Assembly: GCA_016935555.1 (NCBI GenBank)
Contig: JAFGQR010000011.1
Span: 21,011-85,010, forward strand
Direction: 5' to 3'
Length of the DNA: 64,000 nucleotides
Origin: Verrucomicrobiota bacterium
GTDB taxonomy: Bacteria; Verrucomicrobiota; Verrucomicrobiia; Limisphaerales; JAFGQR01
A program made the translations under genes and the position numbers. Of the stretch, positions 14,101 through 23,459 are shown one piece after another; within the stretch, counting starts at the first letter, position 1, and every line of letters starts with the position of its first letter. Under the pieces are notes generated by a model. It did not search any database, was not told where the DNA came from, and saw only the letters and a program-made list of their open reading frames with translations.

Positions 14101-14252
14101 AGTTCCTGCTGCAGCAGGCGGTCCGGCTCCGGTGCCGCGGCCGCCGTCGCCAGCCCGGACCCGGAGCCCGTCGGCGCCAGCCCCAGCCCCAGCCCCAATA
14201 CCAGTCCCGGACAAAAGCGAATCCACATCTTCATAAACACATCAAAAACCAC
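11184..14252 (-). CDS. Large secreted coiled-coil protein with C-terminal (GQ)n tract and conserved tail, function unknown
   Basis: The 1022-aa ORF has an N-terminal signal-like segment (MKMWIRFCPGLVLGLGLGLA). About 850 aa are A/Q/E/L-rich with heptad-like character. A roughly 45-aa G-Q/G-E/G-K dipeptide run follows, then the tail LPARDRAAIRQSQGEKYPREYGPMVEQYLKNLSD. Confidence 0.75.
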   Translation of the reverse strand: MVFDVFMKMWIRFCPGLVLGLGLGLAPTGSGSGLATAAAAPEPDRLLQQELKQEQIRHTTRRVGEHLDAIVQELEINDIGGESARMLEAIRSVLARLTDKDMGRVIELLEMARQSEDMQTSTRSASDAYSSQKIIVTQLKQLVLEYRRQQAIYEISLRLKELARKQTDNMWLGVWLARKTKNRTPNAYDDGQKINWKFQQTEQETIRDESRFILSRLEKLVAEMGDAPTAERPKAALDQAEHGGLRPALAAAVEELAAGKLLSATGSEKKIRDQLRDLARTLLMTPDAMDVLKQAILELERAMDDQRNVIAATAQVDKDTAEETETQQAAVVDATDLIRRDVDSIAPVAAESLKTATDKLQEARSVLNSHEDPRQKRDKAPPLQSAALTHMQQARQALQEQLAKAEQLALQPENRLQTLKDLQEQVRNLAAQEEKLQNHTRELALKNRKDLPTRAAAQGELKDRAQAIQARAASPSPAAAESLGEAATQMQNSQTSLAEGKNNETAQQAAVDALRRADVQLAQDIARLEQAERDLASLEKMRERLVGIIEEEHHVQMDTAKAAVQPRPNDPNDHALAARQNEIAGETRALQQDASAPVPQAAGHLGKATSGMDAAKSQLTRHAPEAAKPSQTQALSELYQAKHAMDAKMDELRALLGLPPAGDLQSLAEASALIDHALQNVHQAEAELLQADPGLLESLAQQQQEIADVLAPHSRNAPAAAPVQRAHEAAGQAARQLDQANLTAAIGSMKNTENALQQAMTSEPPPAQQGSPHPPRPPTPAGRPGAPAMSDLAQRQHEVRSMAEALLASQRAAPAQSMQAASELLENAAGNISPLTAGAMGAMPAAAQGALQSAEGSLIDGAAQSSARQKEPAQTSAAAAAQALSQAQAALALAQAGLGADMALRGEGQGQGQGEGQGQGQGQGQGKGQGQGQGQGQGQGQGQGQGQGQPSPQGTGRQGNWAGSGGANGPHQAGTGLGAYTGLPARDRAAIRQSQGEKYPREYGPMVEQYLKNLSDQATQQR
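11406..11536 (-). repeat. In-frame hexanucleotide tandem repeat (ccttgg/ccctgg units) encoding (GQ)n
   Basis: The direct reading is cctggccctggccctggccttgaccttggccttgaccttggccttgacc... It lies inside the CDS 11184..14252. Confidence 0.9.
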
Positions 14253-14520
14253 ACGTTTCGACGCCGGCCGACTCCAAATGTTTCATGCCATTCAGAATCG
14301 GGAAAGCCATTTCGGACTTGCAACCCAACCTCCGCCACCGCATCGCCCCTGGCCAGCAACTGAGCAATCCGGCTCGCTTCCTTCCGTGCGGCTTGGTCAT
14401 CGGCAAAGCTGCGCACTTTGCACTCGCCGCGTGGGGGGGCTGCATTCCAAGTTTGACCTGCGGGCCTGCCGGCATAAGCATGCCGCCGTTGAGCCTCACG
14501 TGAAACAAAACGATCATGCC

Positions 14521-15855
14521 ATGAACAAGAACTTGTCCTCTCGCCGGAGTTTCCTGAAAGCCGCTTCCGCCGCCGCCACGGCGTTCACCATTGTCCCGCG
14601 TCACGTGCTGGGGCAGGGTCAAACCCCGCCCTCGCAAAAGCTCCATGTCGCCGCGATCGGGGTTGGCGGCATGGGCCGGGGCGACGTGGCCTCCTGCGCC
14701 CAGGCGGGCGAAAACATCGTCGCCCTTTGCGATCCCGACCGCAGCCATCTCGACGCCCTCGCCAAGAAATACCCCGGCGCCAGGCTCTACGCCGACTTCC
14801 GGAAAATGCTGGAGACGCAGAAGGACATCGACGCGGTGGTCATCGCCACTCCGGACCACGCCCATGCGGTGGCCACGGCCATGGCCATGAGCCTGGGCAA
14901 GCATGTCCACTGTCAGAAGCCGCTCACCCACAGCGTCCACGAGGCCCGCATGATCGGCCAGCTCGCCCGCGAGACCAAGGTGGCCACCCAGATGGGCAAT
15001 TTCGGCCAGGCCGGCGAAGAACCCCGGCGGGTCGCCGAAATGATCTGGGCAGGCGCGATCGGCACCCTCAAGGAGGTGCATGCGTGGTCCAATCGCAATC
15101 CGGATATCTCCCCGCGCGGCATCGCGCGTCCCAAGGACACGCCGCCCTGCCCGGCGCACCTCGATTGGGATCTCTGGGTCGGCCCCGCGCCCATGCGACC
15201 GTATCATCCCTGCTATCACCCGTTTGCCTGGCGGGGCTGGTGGGATTTCGGCACCGGGGTGCTCGGCGACATCGGCTGCCATGAGTTCTCGGCCGTTTTC
15301 AAGACCATGAAGATCGGCCACCCTGTCAGCGTCGAGGCCTGCTCCACCAACTGGCAACGGCCCAGGGAAATCAGCACCGAAACCGCCCCCCTGGCCTCGA
15401 TCACCCATTACAAGTTCGCCGCCAGCGACACCCACGGGCCCCTGAGCATCTTCTGGTACGACGGCGGCATGCGCCCGCCCCGGCCCGAAGCGCTCGATCC
15501 CGATGCCGACTTTGCGGTCAATGACGGCACCATGTACGTCGGCGACAAGGGAATCATGCTGCGCTCCCGCCTGATCCCGGAGAGCAAACGAAGAGAATTC
15601 GGCCGCCCGCCCGAAAAGCTGGCGCGGTCTCCCGGGCATTGGAAGGAGTTCTTCGACGCCTGCCGGGGCGGCAAACCCGCAGGGTCCAACTTCGCCGACC
15701 ACGCCGCCCACCTGACCGAAGTCGTCCTGCTGGGCAACATCGCCATCCGCATGAACCAGAAGCTGGAATGGGATCCGGTCAACATGAAGTTCCCGAACTG
15801 TCCCGAAGCCGACCGATGGGTGAAGGAGCCGTATCGGCCCGGCTACGCGCTGTGA
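14521..15855 (+). CDS. TAT-signal Gfo/Idh/MocA family oxidoreductase
   Basis: The start is set at MNKNLSSRRSFLKAASAAATA (twin-arginine motif). A Rossmann segment is present (HVAAIGVGGMGRGD...DAVVIATPDHAHA...HVHCQKPL). Confidence 0.85.
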   Translation: MNKNLSSRRSFLKAASAAATAFTIVPRHVLGQGQTPPSQKLHVAAIGVGGMGRGDVASCAQAGENIVALCDPDRSHLDALAKKYPGARLYADFRKMLETQKDIDAVVIATPDHAHAVATAMAMSLGKHVHCQKPLTHSVHEARMIGQLARETKVATQMGNFGQAGEEPRRVAEMIWAGAIGTLKEVHAWSNRNPDISPRGIARPKDTPPCPAHLDWDLWVGPAPMRPYHPCYHPFAWRGWWDFGTGVLGDIGCHEFSAVFKTMKIGHPVSVEACSTNWQRPREISTETAPLASITHYKFAASDTHGPLSIFWYDGGMRPPRPEALDPDADFAVNDGTMYVGDKGIMLRSRLIPESKRREFGRPPEKLARSPGHWKEFFDACRGGKPAGSNFADHAAHLTEVVLLGNIAIRMNQKLEWDPVNMKFPNCPEADRWVKEPYRPGYAL

Positions 15856-16158
15856 CACGCCGGACAACGCGAGGGGTTTCGTCTCCCGATACGCTTGCGC
15901 TTCCATGTGCCGTGATGCCCAAAGCCGCTCGGTTTGGGGTTGAGATCCCGCGCCGGACGGCAGTAGGGTGGCGGCGTGACGCAAGACAACACATGGCGAG
16001 GAATGGCACACGACCTCGGCTGCGGGGGGGGCCGACAAGCGCTGGTCAAAGGACGCCATGGTGTCGGAGGCCGGGTGGGCATGTACGCCGAGGGGCCATG
16101 ATGCCCAACCCGTCGTCGCAACTCAGACTCGTTCTCGCGGTGTTATGAAAGGTGCACT

Positions 16159-16413
16159 ATGGGAATTCTATCATGGATCGTCATGGGCCTGATCGTGGGC
16201 GCCCTTGCCAAACTCATCATGCCCGGCAAAGACCCCGGCGGCCTCATCGTCACCACGCTGATCGGCATCGCCGGCGCCTTCGTCGGAGGATTCCTCGGAT
16301 CCTGGGCCGGACTGGGCACGATCACCGGATTCAATCTGGCGAGCATGTTGCTGGCCGTTGGGGGCGCGGTGCTGCTGCTCATCGCCTACCGCCTCATCAG
16401 GAAAAAATCCTGA
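16159..16413 (+). CDS. GlsB/YeaQ/YmgE family (transglycosylase-associated) stress membrane protein
   Basis: The 84-aa sequence MGILSWIVMGLIVGALAKLIMPGKDPGGLIVTTLIGIAGAFVGGFLG is typical of the family. Confidence 0.9.
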   Translation: MGILSWIVMGLIVGALAKLIMPGKDPGGLIVTTLIGIAGAFVGGFLGSWAGLGTITGFNLASMLLAVGGAVLLLIAYRLIRKKS

Positions 16414-16500
16414 ACGGGCCGCGGCCTCAGGCCGCCGGTCAGGCTGCGACGCCTCGAGGCGGCGGCGCTTGGAGACGGGGGGCGGGATTCGCGACGCGCC

Positions 16501-17664
16501 TCACGGCGCGCGGAGGCGGTAATACCGCGCGGCGCAGTTGGTCCACTCGGGATCGCCGAAGTAAAGCGGGTCGGCGCCGAGGATGTTTGTTTGGAGGGGC
16601 GACCACGCGGGATGGGTCAGATTGGTGCAGGCTTCCACCACGACGATCCTGCCGCTGGCCCACGTGATCGCAAAACCGAATTGGTTCGCGCGCACCCCGA
16701 AACGCGCATCGCGCACCAGCACCTCCGGCATCCATGGCGCAGTCGGACGATCCCCAAACGTCGTCCCCCAGCCCGTCGTTTCCGGCAGGTAATAAACGGT
16801 GGCGTGTTCATCGCCCGCAAACGCACCCCACCCGACACTGCAGGCGTTGCCCATGAAATACACCCCCGTCAGCCCGGTGCAGCTCCGGAACCCCTCCTGC
16901 CCGATGTTCAGGAGGGTGGCGGGCAGGGTGACGCGGGTCAGGCCGGAGCAATAGACAAACGCGTAGCTGTCGATGTTGGTGACGCTGTTGCCCAGGGTCA
17001 CATTGGTCAGGCCGGAGCAATAAGCGAACCCCTGCCACCCAATGCTACGAACACTGTCGGGGATGGTGACCCAAGTCAGCCCGGCACAGGACGCGAACGC
17101 GGAATTGTCGATGGTGGTGACGGCGCCGGGGATCGCGTAACCACCGGATCTGCCTCCCGGGAATTGGATGAGGGTGGTTTGGCCATGGTTGAAAAGGACG
17201 CCGTCCACGCTGCGGTAAAACGGATTCAGAGCATCCACCTCAATCCCCGCCAGCTGCGTGCAGTAGGCGAACGCCCAACCCGAGATATTGGTCACGCTGG
17301 CGGGGAGGGTGACGCGGGTCAGGCGGGTGCTGTGGGCGAATGCCTGCCACCCGATGCTGGCGATGCCGTCGGCGATCGTGACGTCAGTCAGGTTGGTGTT
17401 GTCGGCAAACGCCGAGCTTCCGATCCCGGTGACCGGCAGGCCGTCGATCGTCCCGGGAATCTCCACCACGCCGCCGGCTCCGGTGTATCCGGTGATGGTG
17501 AGGGTGCCGTTATTGGTGGTGCAATTGAACTGGGCGTGCCCCATGCCTGCCAGCATCACCAGCAGCGCCACACCCATCCCAAACGGTCCGGTGCCGGCCC
17601 TTCGCAAAGGACAGGCTCTCGTCGGCCCGCCCGTGGCCGTCCCGGCAATCATGGTCTGCTTCAT
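16501..17664 (-). CDS. Secreted BspA-type leucine-rich-repeat protein
   Basis: The start is set at MKQTMIAG. LRR_5-like units recur about every 23 aa (IGSSAFADNTNLTDVTI, IGWQAFAHSTRLTRVTL, ISGWAFAYCTQLAGIEV, IDNSAFASCAGLTWVTI...). The C-terminal beta-domain ends in ARYYRLRAP. Confidence 0.8.
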   Translation of the reverse strand: MKQTMIAGTATGGPTRACPLRRAGTGPFGMGVALLVMLAGMGHAQFNCTTNNGTLTITGYTGAGGVVEIPGTIDGLPVTGIGSSAFADNTNLTDVTIADGIASIGWQAFAHSTRLTRVTLPASVTNISGWAFAYCTQLAGIEVDALNPFYRSVDGVLFNHGQTTLIQFPGGRSGGYAIPGAVTTIDNSAFASCAGLTWVTIPDSVRSIGWQGFAYCSGLTNVTLGNSVTNIDSYAFVYCSGLTRVTLPATLLNIGQEGFRSCTGLTGVYFMGNACSVGWGAFAGDEHATVYYLPETTGWGTTFGDRPTAPWMPEVLVRDARFGVRANQFGFAITWASGRIVVVEACTNLTHPAWSPLQTNILGADPLYFGDPEWTNCAARYYRLRAP

Positions 17665-17761
17665 GAGGGATTCACTCTTCGCGTCGATCAGGATTTCTGC
17701 CTGACATGTAGCAGGCAATGCCCTTCCGTGCAAACGCAATTCTTCCCCCGCCCCAAGCACT

Positions 17762-19342
17762 TTGCGCAGCGCGGTGCTTGCGGCATTGCCGGAAGCGTGC
17801 AAGAGTCCGGCCATGGCAATTCAGTCCGGCAACCAATCCGCACCCCGCCGCCTCGCTTGGCTCCGTTCTGGCTTCCGACACTGGCCCGCGTTCGCGGCCG
17901 CGACGGCTCTCTTGTGCAGCGCATTCCCCGGTGTCCGCGCGGCGGAGGGCCGGCCGCCGAACATCGTCTTCATCTTGTGCGATGATCTGGGCATCAACGA
18001 TCTCGCCTGCTACGGCCGGCGCGACCACCGCACACCGCATCTGGACCGGCTCGCGGCGCAGGGCGCGCGCTTCACGTCGGCGTACTGCGCCCAGCCGATT
18101 TGCTCACCCTCGCGCGCCGCCATTCTCACCGGCAAGACGCCCGCGCGCCTGCATCTGACAACTTACCTGCCGGGGCGGCCGGACCGCCTTTCCCAGAAGG
18201 TGCTCCATCCGGAGATCCGGATGCAGGTCGGGCTTGAGGAAAAGATGTTGCCGCGCTACTTCAAGCCGGCGGGCTACGTGACTGCCGCCATCGGCAAGTG
18301 GCACGTGGGCGGGGCCGGGTTCGGGCCGAGGGAGCACGGGTTCGACGTCGTCCACGCCGGCCGTGCGAGGACGACGCCTTCGGCCGAGGAGGGCAGCAAG
18401 GGAGAATATGACCTGACGGCGGCGGCGATCCGGTTCATGGAGGCCAACAAAGACCGTCCGTTCCTCGTTTACCTTGCCCACAACACGCCGCACATTCCCT
18501 ACGCAGCCCTGCCGGAGCAGGTCGCGAAGAACGCCGGGGCGTTCGAGCCGGTCTACGCGTCGGTGATCGAGACGCTTGACGACACGGTCGGCCGGCTGCT
18601 GGCCCGGCTCGACGCGCTGAAGCTTGCCGACCACACGATCGTCGTCTTCACCTCGGACAACGGCGGGCTGCACGTGCCCGAAGGACCGCATCCGCGGGTC
18701 ACGCACAACACGCCGTTCCGCGCCGGCAAGGGGTTCGGCTACGAGGGCGGCCTGCGCATTCCCCTGATCGTGCGATGGCCGGGCCACGTGCCGGCGGGCA
18801 CGACCCTCGGGGCGCCGGTCGTCAACACGGACTGGATCCCGACGCTGCTTGAACTGGCCGGGCTGCCTGCCCCCGCCGGTCTCGACGGGGTCAGCTTCGC
18901 GGCCGTGCTGACGGGCCGCGGCCCGGCGCCGCAGCGCCGATTGCTCTGGCACTTCCCGCACTACACGAATCAAGGCAGCCGCCCCCACGGAGCGGTGCGG
19001 GACGGCGATTGGGCGCTGGTCGAGTATTACGACGCGGACGCGTGCGAGCTTTACGATCTGGCCTCGGACGTCGGGGAGGCGCGCAACTTGGCGGCAGCCC
19101 ATCCGGATCGTGTCGCGACGCTGCGCGCCGCCCTCGCCGCGTGGCGGACCGCCGTCGCCGCCCAGACCAACGCGCCGAATCCGGCGGTGGACTTGGCGCT
19201 TTACAGGCAGTTGTACGTGGACATCGACGCGGGCCGGTTTGATCCGCTGCGCGCCGACGACGCCGTGTGGGGGCGCATGCAGGCATGGCGCAAGGGCATG
19301 AATGCGGCGCCTGCGGTCAAACGCAAGGCCGGGCGGCGGTGA
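17762..19342 (+). CDS. Arylsulfatase A-family sulfatase (Cys-type)
   Basis: It carries PNIVFILCDDLG and the formylglycine motif CSPSRAAILTGK. The start could instead be the ATG at 17813. Confidence 0.9.
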   Translation: MRSAVLAALPEACKSPAMAIQSGNQSAPRRLAWLRSGFRHWPAFAAATALLCSAFPGVRAAEGRPPNIVFILCDDLGINDLACYGRRDHRTPHLDRLAAQGARFTSAYCAQPICSPSRAAILTGKTPARLHLTTYLPGRPDRLSQKVLHPEIRMQVGLEEKMLPRYFKPAGYVTAAIGKWHVGGAGFGPREHGFDVVHAGRARTTPSAEEGSKGEYDLTAAAIRFMEANKDRPFLVYLAHNTPHIPYAALPEQVAKNAGAFEPVYASVIETLDDTVGRLLARLDALKLADHTIVVFTSDNGGLHVPEGPHPRVTHNTPFRAGKGFGYEGGLRIPLIVRWPGHVPAGTTLGAPVVNTDWIPTLLELAGLPAPAGLDGVSFAAVLTGRGPAPQRRLLWHFPHYTNQGSRPHGAVRDGDWALVEYYDADACELYDLASDVGEARNLAAAHPDRVATLRAALAAWRTAVAAQTNAPNPAVDLALYRQLYVDIDAGRFDPLRADDAVWGRMQAWRKGMNAAPAVKRKAGRR

Positions 19343-19359
19343 TTCCTTGCAGGTAAAGA

Positions 19360-20574
19360 CTACGCTCCTCGCCGCCACAAGCCGGCGAAGTATTTGCCGC
19401 TTTCGCTCAGGGTGCCATCGGGTTTGACCAGCCAAAACCCGCGCAGGTGGCTCGGATCCTTGACGGGGGGTTTGGGGGGCGGCTGGATTTTGGGGTTCAA
19501 CTCGTTGCAATAGAGTTCCCAATGCACGATGTACTTGACGCCGGCAGCCAGCATCACGCCCATGAACTCATCCCAACGCTCCGTGATCCGGCGCGGCGCG
19601 TCGTTCTCCGGGATGCCCATTTCCCCCACGCACAGCGCCTGGTTGCCGAAGAGCGGCCCGGTGCGGGCACGGCTGCGGATTTCCTGGAGGCAGCGCCACA
19701 AGGTGAGCGGGTTTTTCATGCCGTCGTAGGAGCTGTACGACACGAGGTCCAGTTCCACGTGCGGCAGGACATGCTCGGTCATCGTGGGGATCCTGCTCCA
19801 CAGATCCGCCACGCGGTTGACTTCGGCGGCGTGGGCCACCACGCACCGGGCGCCGGCGGCGTGAGCCGCGCGCGCCCGGCTCACCCCTTTCTGCCGCGCC
19901 TCGAGCCAGCGGATCATCGCGTCACAACGCTTCTTCCAGTCGTCCGGTGGCGGATTCCACAGCGCCCCGCCCCGTCCGCGCAGGAGCCAGTCGCCTTCCC
20001 AATGCTGGAGGACAAACGTCACGTCGCGGTGGCGGTAGGTTTGATAGAGATGCGCCGTGAGCTGCTCGAACTCCACGGTGATCCGGTCGTAGAATGCGGC
20101 CGACCGGATGCCGTCACGCCAGCCGTCTTCCGTCGGCGTGTGCGCCTCCAGGAGGATGGTGCGGAACGGCATCGCGAAGACGGCCTGGAAATACTCGGCT
20201 CGGGCCAGGTCCGCCAGGTTCGAGTAATGGCCCCAGCGGCTGTTGAAAGGATAATCGTTGCCCGGATGGCGGGGCATGAACCAGAACTTGCCGAGCCGCG
20301 TGCCCATCGCCAGCAGCCGTTCTGCGCCCTCCAGCAGGAAGGGTTTTTGGGTGAGATGATACTTGCCGGCGACGTGGGTTGCGCCGACGCGTGCGTTGAA
20401 GTCCGCCGGCAGTGTGGCCAAGCGGCTGGGCTGCTGAGCGCGGATGCGCTCCAGCACTTCCTCATCTGCGGCAGCCTGAGCTGCCGGCGCATGGCGCGAG
20501 CCCATGAGTGTCCAGGCGCCGGCCGCCGCGGCGGCCGAGGTGCTCAAGAAGGTGCGGCGAGTAAGCATTGTCAT
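19360..20574 (-). CDS. TAT-signal protein, TIM-barrel glycoside-hydrolase-like (tentative)
   Basis: The start is set at MTMLTRRTFLSTSAAAAAGA (twin-arginine). The rest has a hydrolase-like alternation (VLQHWEGDW..., CVGEMGIPEN...). No firm family assignment is possible by eye. Confidence 0.55.
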   Translation of the reverse strand: MTMLTRRTFLSTSAAAAAGAWTLMGSRHAPAAQAAADEEVLERIRAQQPSRLATLPADFNARVGATHVAGKYHLTQKPFLLEGAERLLAMGTRLGKFWFMPRHPGNDYPFNSRWGHYSNLADLARAEYFQAVFAMPFRTILLEAHTPTEDGWRDGIRSAAFYDRITVEFEQLTAHLYQTYRHRDVTFVLQHWEGDWLLRGRGGALWNPPPDDWKKRCDAMIRWLEARQKGVSRARAAHAAGARCVVAHAAEVNRVADLWSRIPTMTEHVLPHVELDLVSYSSYDGMKNPLTLWRCLQEIRSRARTGPLFGNQALCVGEMGIPENDAPRRITERWDEFMGVMLAAGVKYIVHWELYCNELNPKIQPPPKPPVKDPSHLRGFWLVKPDGTLSESGKYFAGLWRRGA

Positions 20575-20706
20575 GAAGCCAGCATGGCGGATGGCGGGCG
20601 AACATTCAATCGGCGCATTTTTTTCGCTCCTGCGTCGCGAAAAAATCTGGAACCCTCGACTTTTCAGAGGCTCTCCAGAAACTCGAGGGTTCAATGGCTG
20701 AGGATT

Positions 20707-22173
20707 CTAGTTGTGGTCTGATCCCTGCCAGCCTCCGCCCAGCGCCTTGATGAGCGCGACGGCGGCCGCGTATTGCTGGCCGCGCAATCGCGCCGCGGCC
20801 CGCTCGCGGTCCATCACCGCCGTTTGAGCCGCCGCCACCTGCAGGTAGGTCACCAGGCCGGAACGATAGCGGTGGGTGGCGATGTCCAGTTGGCGGCGCG
20901 CCGCTTGCAGGGCGGAGGTCTCTTGCGCGTATCCCTCCGCCAGCAGGCGCTGGGCCGCGAGTTGATTCTCGACCTCAGTGAACGCGGTCAGCACGAGATC
21001 GCGGTAACGGGCGACTGTTTCCTCGTAGCTTGCCTGCGCCTGGCGGACCGCGGCGCGGCGCTTGCCGCCTTCGAACACCGGCAAGGAAAGGGACGGTCCG
21101 ACCGCCCACAGGCGGCTCGGCCAATCGAACAACGTGCCGGTGTCCAGACTCTGAAAGCCGGCCAGGCCGTTGATCCGAATCACCGGGTAATACGCGGCCC
21201 GGGCCACGCCAAGGCTTGCGTTGGCCGCCGCCATGCGGCGTTCGGCGGCGGCGATGTCCGGGCGGCGCTCCAGCAGTTCGGAGGGCAGTTCGGGGGGGAT
21301 GATCACCGGGTCGCGCTGGAGCGGCTGCTCGGGCAGGCGGAAGCCCGAGGCGGGTTGGCCGGTCAACGCAGCGAGGGCGTGCTCGAATTTAGTCCGGGCC
21401 AGGACGAGGGTGGCGGATTGGGCTTGGGAGGTCTTGAGCACGGTCTGGGCTTGGGCGACGTCCAGGTCGGAAACCAGGCCTCCGGCCCGGCGGTTGCGCG
21501 TCAACTCCAGCGATCTGCGGTTGGCTTCGATGGTCGAACCCAGGGCGGCGATTTCCGCGTCGAGGGCGCGCAGGGCGAAGTAATCGGCGGCGACTTCGGC
21601 GGCGATGGCGAGCCGCACGCCTTCGAGGTCGGCGGCGTTCGCCTGGGCTTTGGCCCGCGTGGATTCGACCTCGCGGCGCACGCGTCCCCAGAGGTCCGCT
21701 TCGTAGCTCAGATCGAACGGCAAGACGAACGTATTGTAGGTCGGTCCGATGCCGACTGCCTCTCCGGTTTGGTTGTTGGGGCGGTTGGCCGAGGCGCGCT
21801 GGCGGGTTGCGGTGAATCCCACGCCCATGTGGGGGAACAACCCGGAGCGGGCGACATCCACCGCCGCCCGCGCCTGTGCGAAACGGGCCGCCGCGGCCTT
21901 GAGTTCCTGGTTGGCCTCGGCGGCCTGGGATTCCAGCCGGTTCAATGCGGGGTCCTCGAAGACTTCCCACCATGCGCCCTTTGGAAGGTGCGCCTGGGGC
22001 GTGGCGATTTTCCAGTCTTGGGTGGCGCCCCTGAACGTGTCGGGCATGGCGGTGACGGCCACGGGCCTTGTGTAGTCCGGCCCCACGGCGCATCCCGTCA
22101 GCAACGCCAGCGCGGGCGGGACGAGCCACTCCCGGAAGGCGGTCCATCGGGTGTGATGCCCCACGGCGCTCAT
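20707..22173 (-). CDS. RND efflux outer-membrane factor lipoprotein (NodT family)
   Basis: The start MSAVGHH shares an ATGA overlap with the MFP stop. It has a lipobox (LALLTGC), the GPDY motif and two OEP repeats. It is only the C-terminal 488 codons of track ORF 20707..23874. Confidence 0.9.
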   Translation of the reverse strand: MSAVGHHTRWTAFREWLVPPALALLTGCAVGPDYTRPVAVTAMPDTFRGATQDWKIATPQAHLPKGAWWEVFEDPALNRLESQAAEANQELKAAAARFAQARAAVDVARSGLFPHMGVGFTATRQRASANRPNNQTGEAVGIGPTYNTFVLPFDLSYEADLWGRVRREVESTRAKAQANAADLEGVRLAIAAEVAADYFALRALDAEIAALGSTIEANRRSLELTRNRRAGGLVSDLDVAQAQTVLKTSQAQSATLVLARTKFEHALAALTGQPASGFRLPEQPLQRDPVIIPPELPSELLERRPDIAAAERRMAAANASLGVARAAYYPVIRINGLAGFQSLDTGTLFDWPSRLWAVGPSLSLPVFEGGKRRAAVRQAQASYEETVARYRDLVLTAFTEVENQLAAQRLLAEGYAQETSALQAARRQLDIATHRYRSGLVTYLQVAAAQTAVMDRERAAARLRGQQYAAAVALIKALGGGWQGSDHN

Positions 22174-23453
22174 GGTGTGCCCTTGGACTTGCCGGGTTGC
22201 GCTTTGGCCCCGCCCAACTTGCCTTGGCCCGGCGTGTCCTTCGCCGGCGCGCCTTGACCCGGCATGGGGGGGGGCATCGTGACCACTTCGGCCACGCGCA
22301 CGGTCATCCCGCTTTCCAGAAAGTTTGGCGGGTTGAGGATGATCTGGTGGGTCGGGTTGACGCCGCCGAGGATTTCCACAGCCTGCCCAAAGTCCCGGCC
22401 CAACTTGACGGTCCGCAATTCGACCTTGCCGCCGGGCTGCACCAGGGCCACTTGCGGGCCCGCGGCGCCGAACACCAGCGCATTGGCCGGGACCGCCAGG
22501 CGCTCCTCCTGCCTGCCGCCGACGAATCGCGCCTGGGCAAAACTGCCCACCAGGATTCGGCCGTCCGCGTTGGGCACCTCCACCTCGGTCAACAGAGTGC
22601 GTGAATCCGGGGAAATCTCGCCGGAGGTTCGCGCCACGCGGCCCGTGTAGACGCGGTTCGGTTGCTCGGGAATCGTCAGCTCCACGGCGAGCCCCGGCGC
22701 GATCCGCGCCGCTTCCGTCTGGGGCACGCGCACCTGCACCCGGAGCTTGTCGGTCTGCGCCAGGCGGAACAGTTCGCGCCCGCCGCTCGCGGACACCAAC
22801 ATGCCCACGTCCGCCTCGCGGGCAGTGATCGTGCCGGCGAAAGGCGCCGCGACGCGCCCGAACGACTGCAACTGCTCCAGGCGGGCCACGTTGGCCCGTC
22901 CCGCCGCCACACTGGCCGTCTTGACTTTCACGTCCGCCTGCTTTTCGGCGTTCTCCTGTTCGCTGACGCTGGCGGTGGCCACCAGCTGCGCGTAGCGGTC
23001 CGCGGTGATTCTCGAGAGTGCCAGGGCGGCTTCCGCCTGCGCCAGTTCGTGCCGCGCGCGTTGCAGTTCCTGGTCGAGTTCGGGAGTTTCGATTTCCGCC
23101 AGCAATTGTCCGGCTTGGACATGGGTTCCGAGGTCCGCCAGCCAGCGTTTGAGGTAGCCGCTGGCGCGGGCATAAATGGGGGCTTCGGTCCAGGGTTTGA
23201 TTTCCGCCGGCAGCAGCAATCCTTCTCCGCTGCGGTGCGGAGCGGGCGACACGACCGCCACGCTCGTCACGGTCAGCTCGCTGTGCTCGGCGGCAAGCGC
23301 CGCGCGCTGTCGCCAACGGGGCAGGAGGCCGGCCAGGATTCCGAGGAGGATGACAAGCAGGGCGACGATGCCCGCGCGCAGGAGCCTGGCGGGGGGCGGG
23401 CCGGTGTGGGCAGCCGCATTTTTCGGGGTGGGTTTCGGGGTGTTCATAACCAC
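22170..23453 (-). CDS. RND efflux membrane-fusion (periplasmic adaptor) protein
   Basis: The 427-aa protein has an N-terminal TM segment, a lipoyl/hairpin region (VQAGQLLAEIETPELDQELQRARHELAQAEAAL) and beta-barrel motifs (APFAGTIT). Confidence 0.9.
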   Translation of the reverse strand: MVMNTPKPTPKNAAAHTGPPPARLLRAGIVALLVILLGILAGLLPRWRQRAALAAEHSELTVTSVAVVSPAPHRSGEGLLLPAEIKPWTEAPIYARASGYLKRWLADLGTHVQAGQLLAEIETPELDQELQRARHELAQAEAALALSRITADRYAQLVATASVSEQENAEKQADVKVKTASVAAGRANVARLEQLQSFGRVAAPFAGTITAREADVGMLVSASGGRELFRLAQTDKLRVQVRVPQTEAARIAPGLAVELTIPEQPNRVYTGRVARTSGEISPDSRTLLTEVEVPNADGRILVGSFAQARFVGGRQEERLAVPANALVFGAAGPQVALVQPGGKVELRTVKLGRDFGQAVEILGGVNPTHQIILNPPNFLESGMTVRVAEVVTMPPPMPGQGAPAKDTPGQGKLGGAKAQPGKSKGTP

Positions 23454-23459
23454 AAATCG

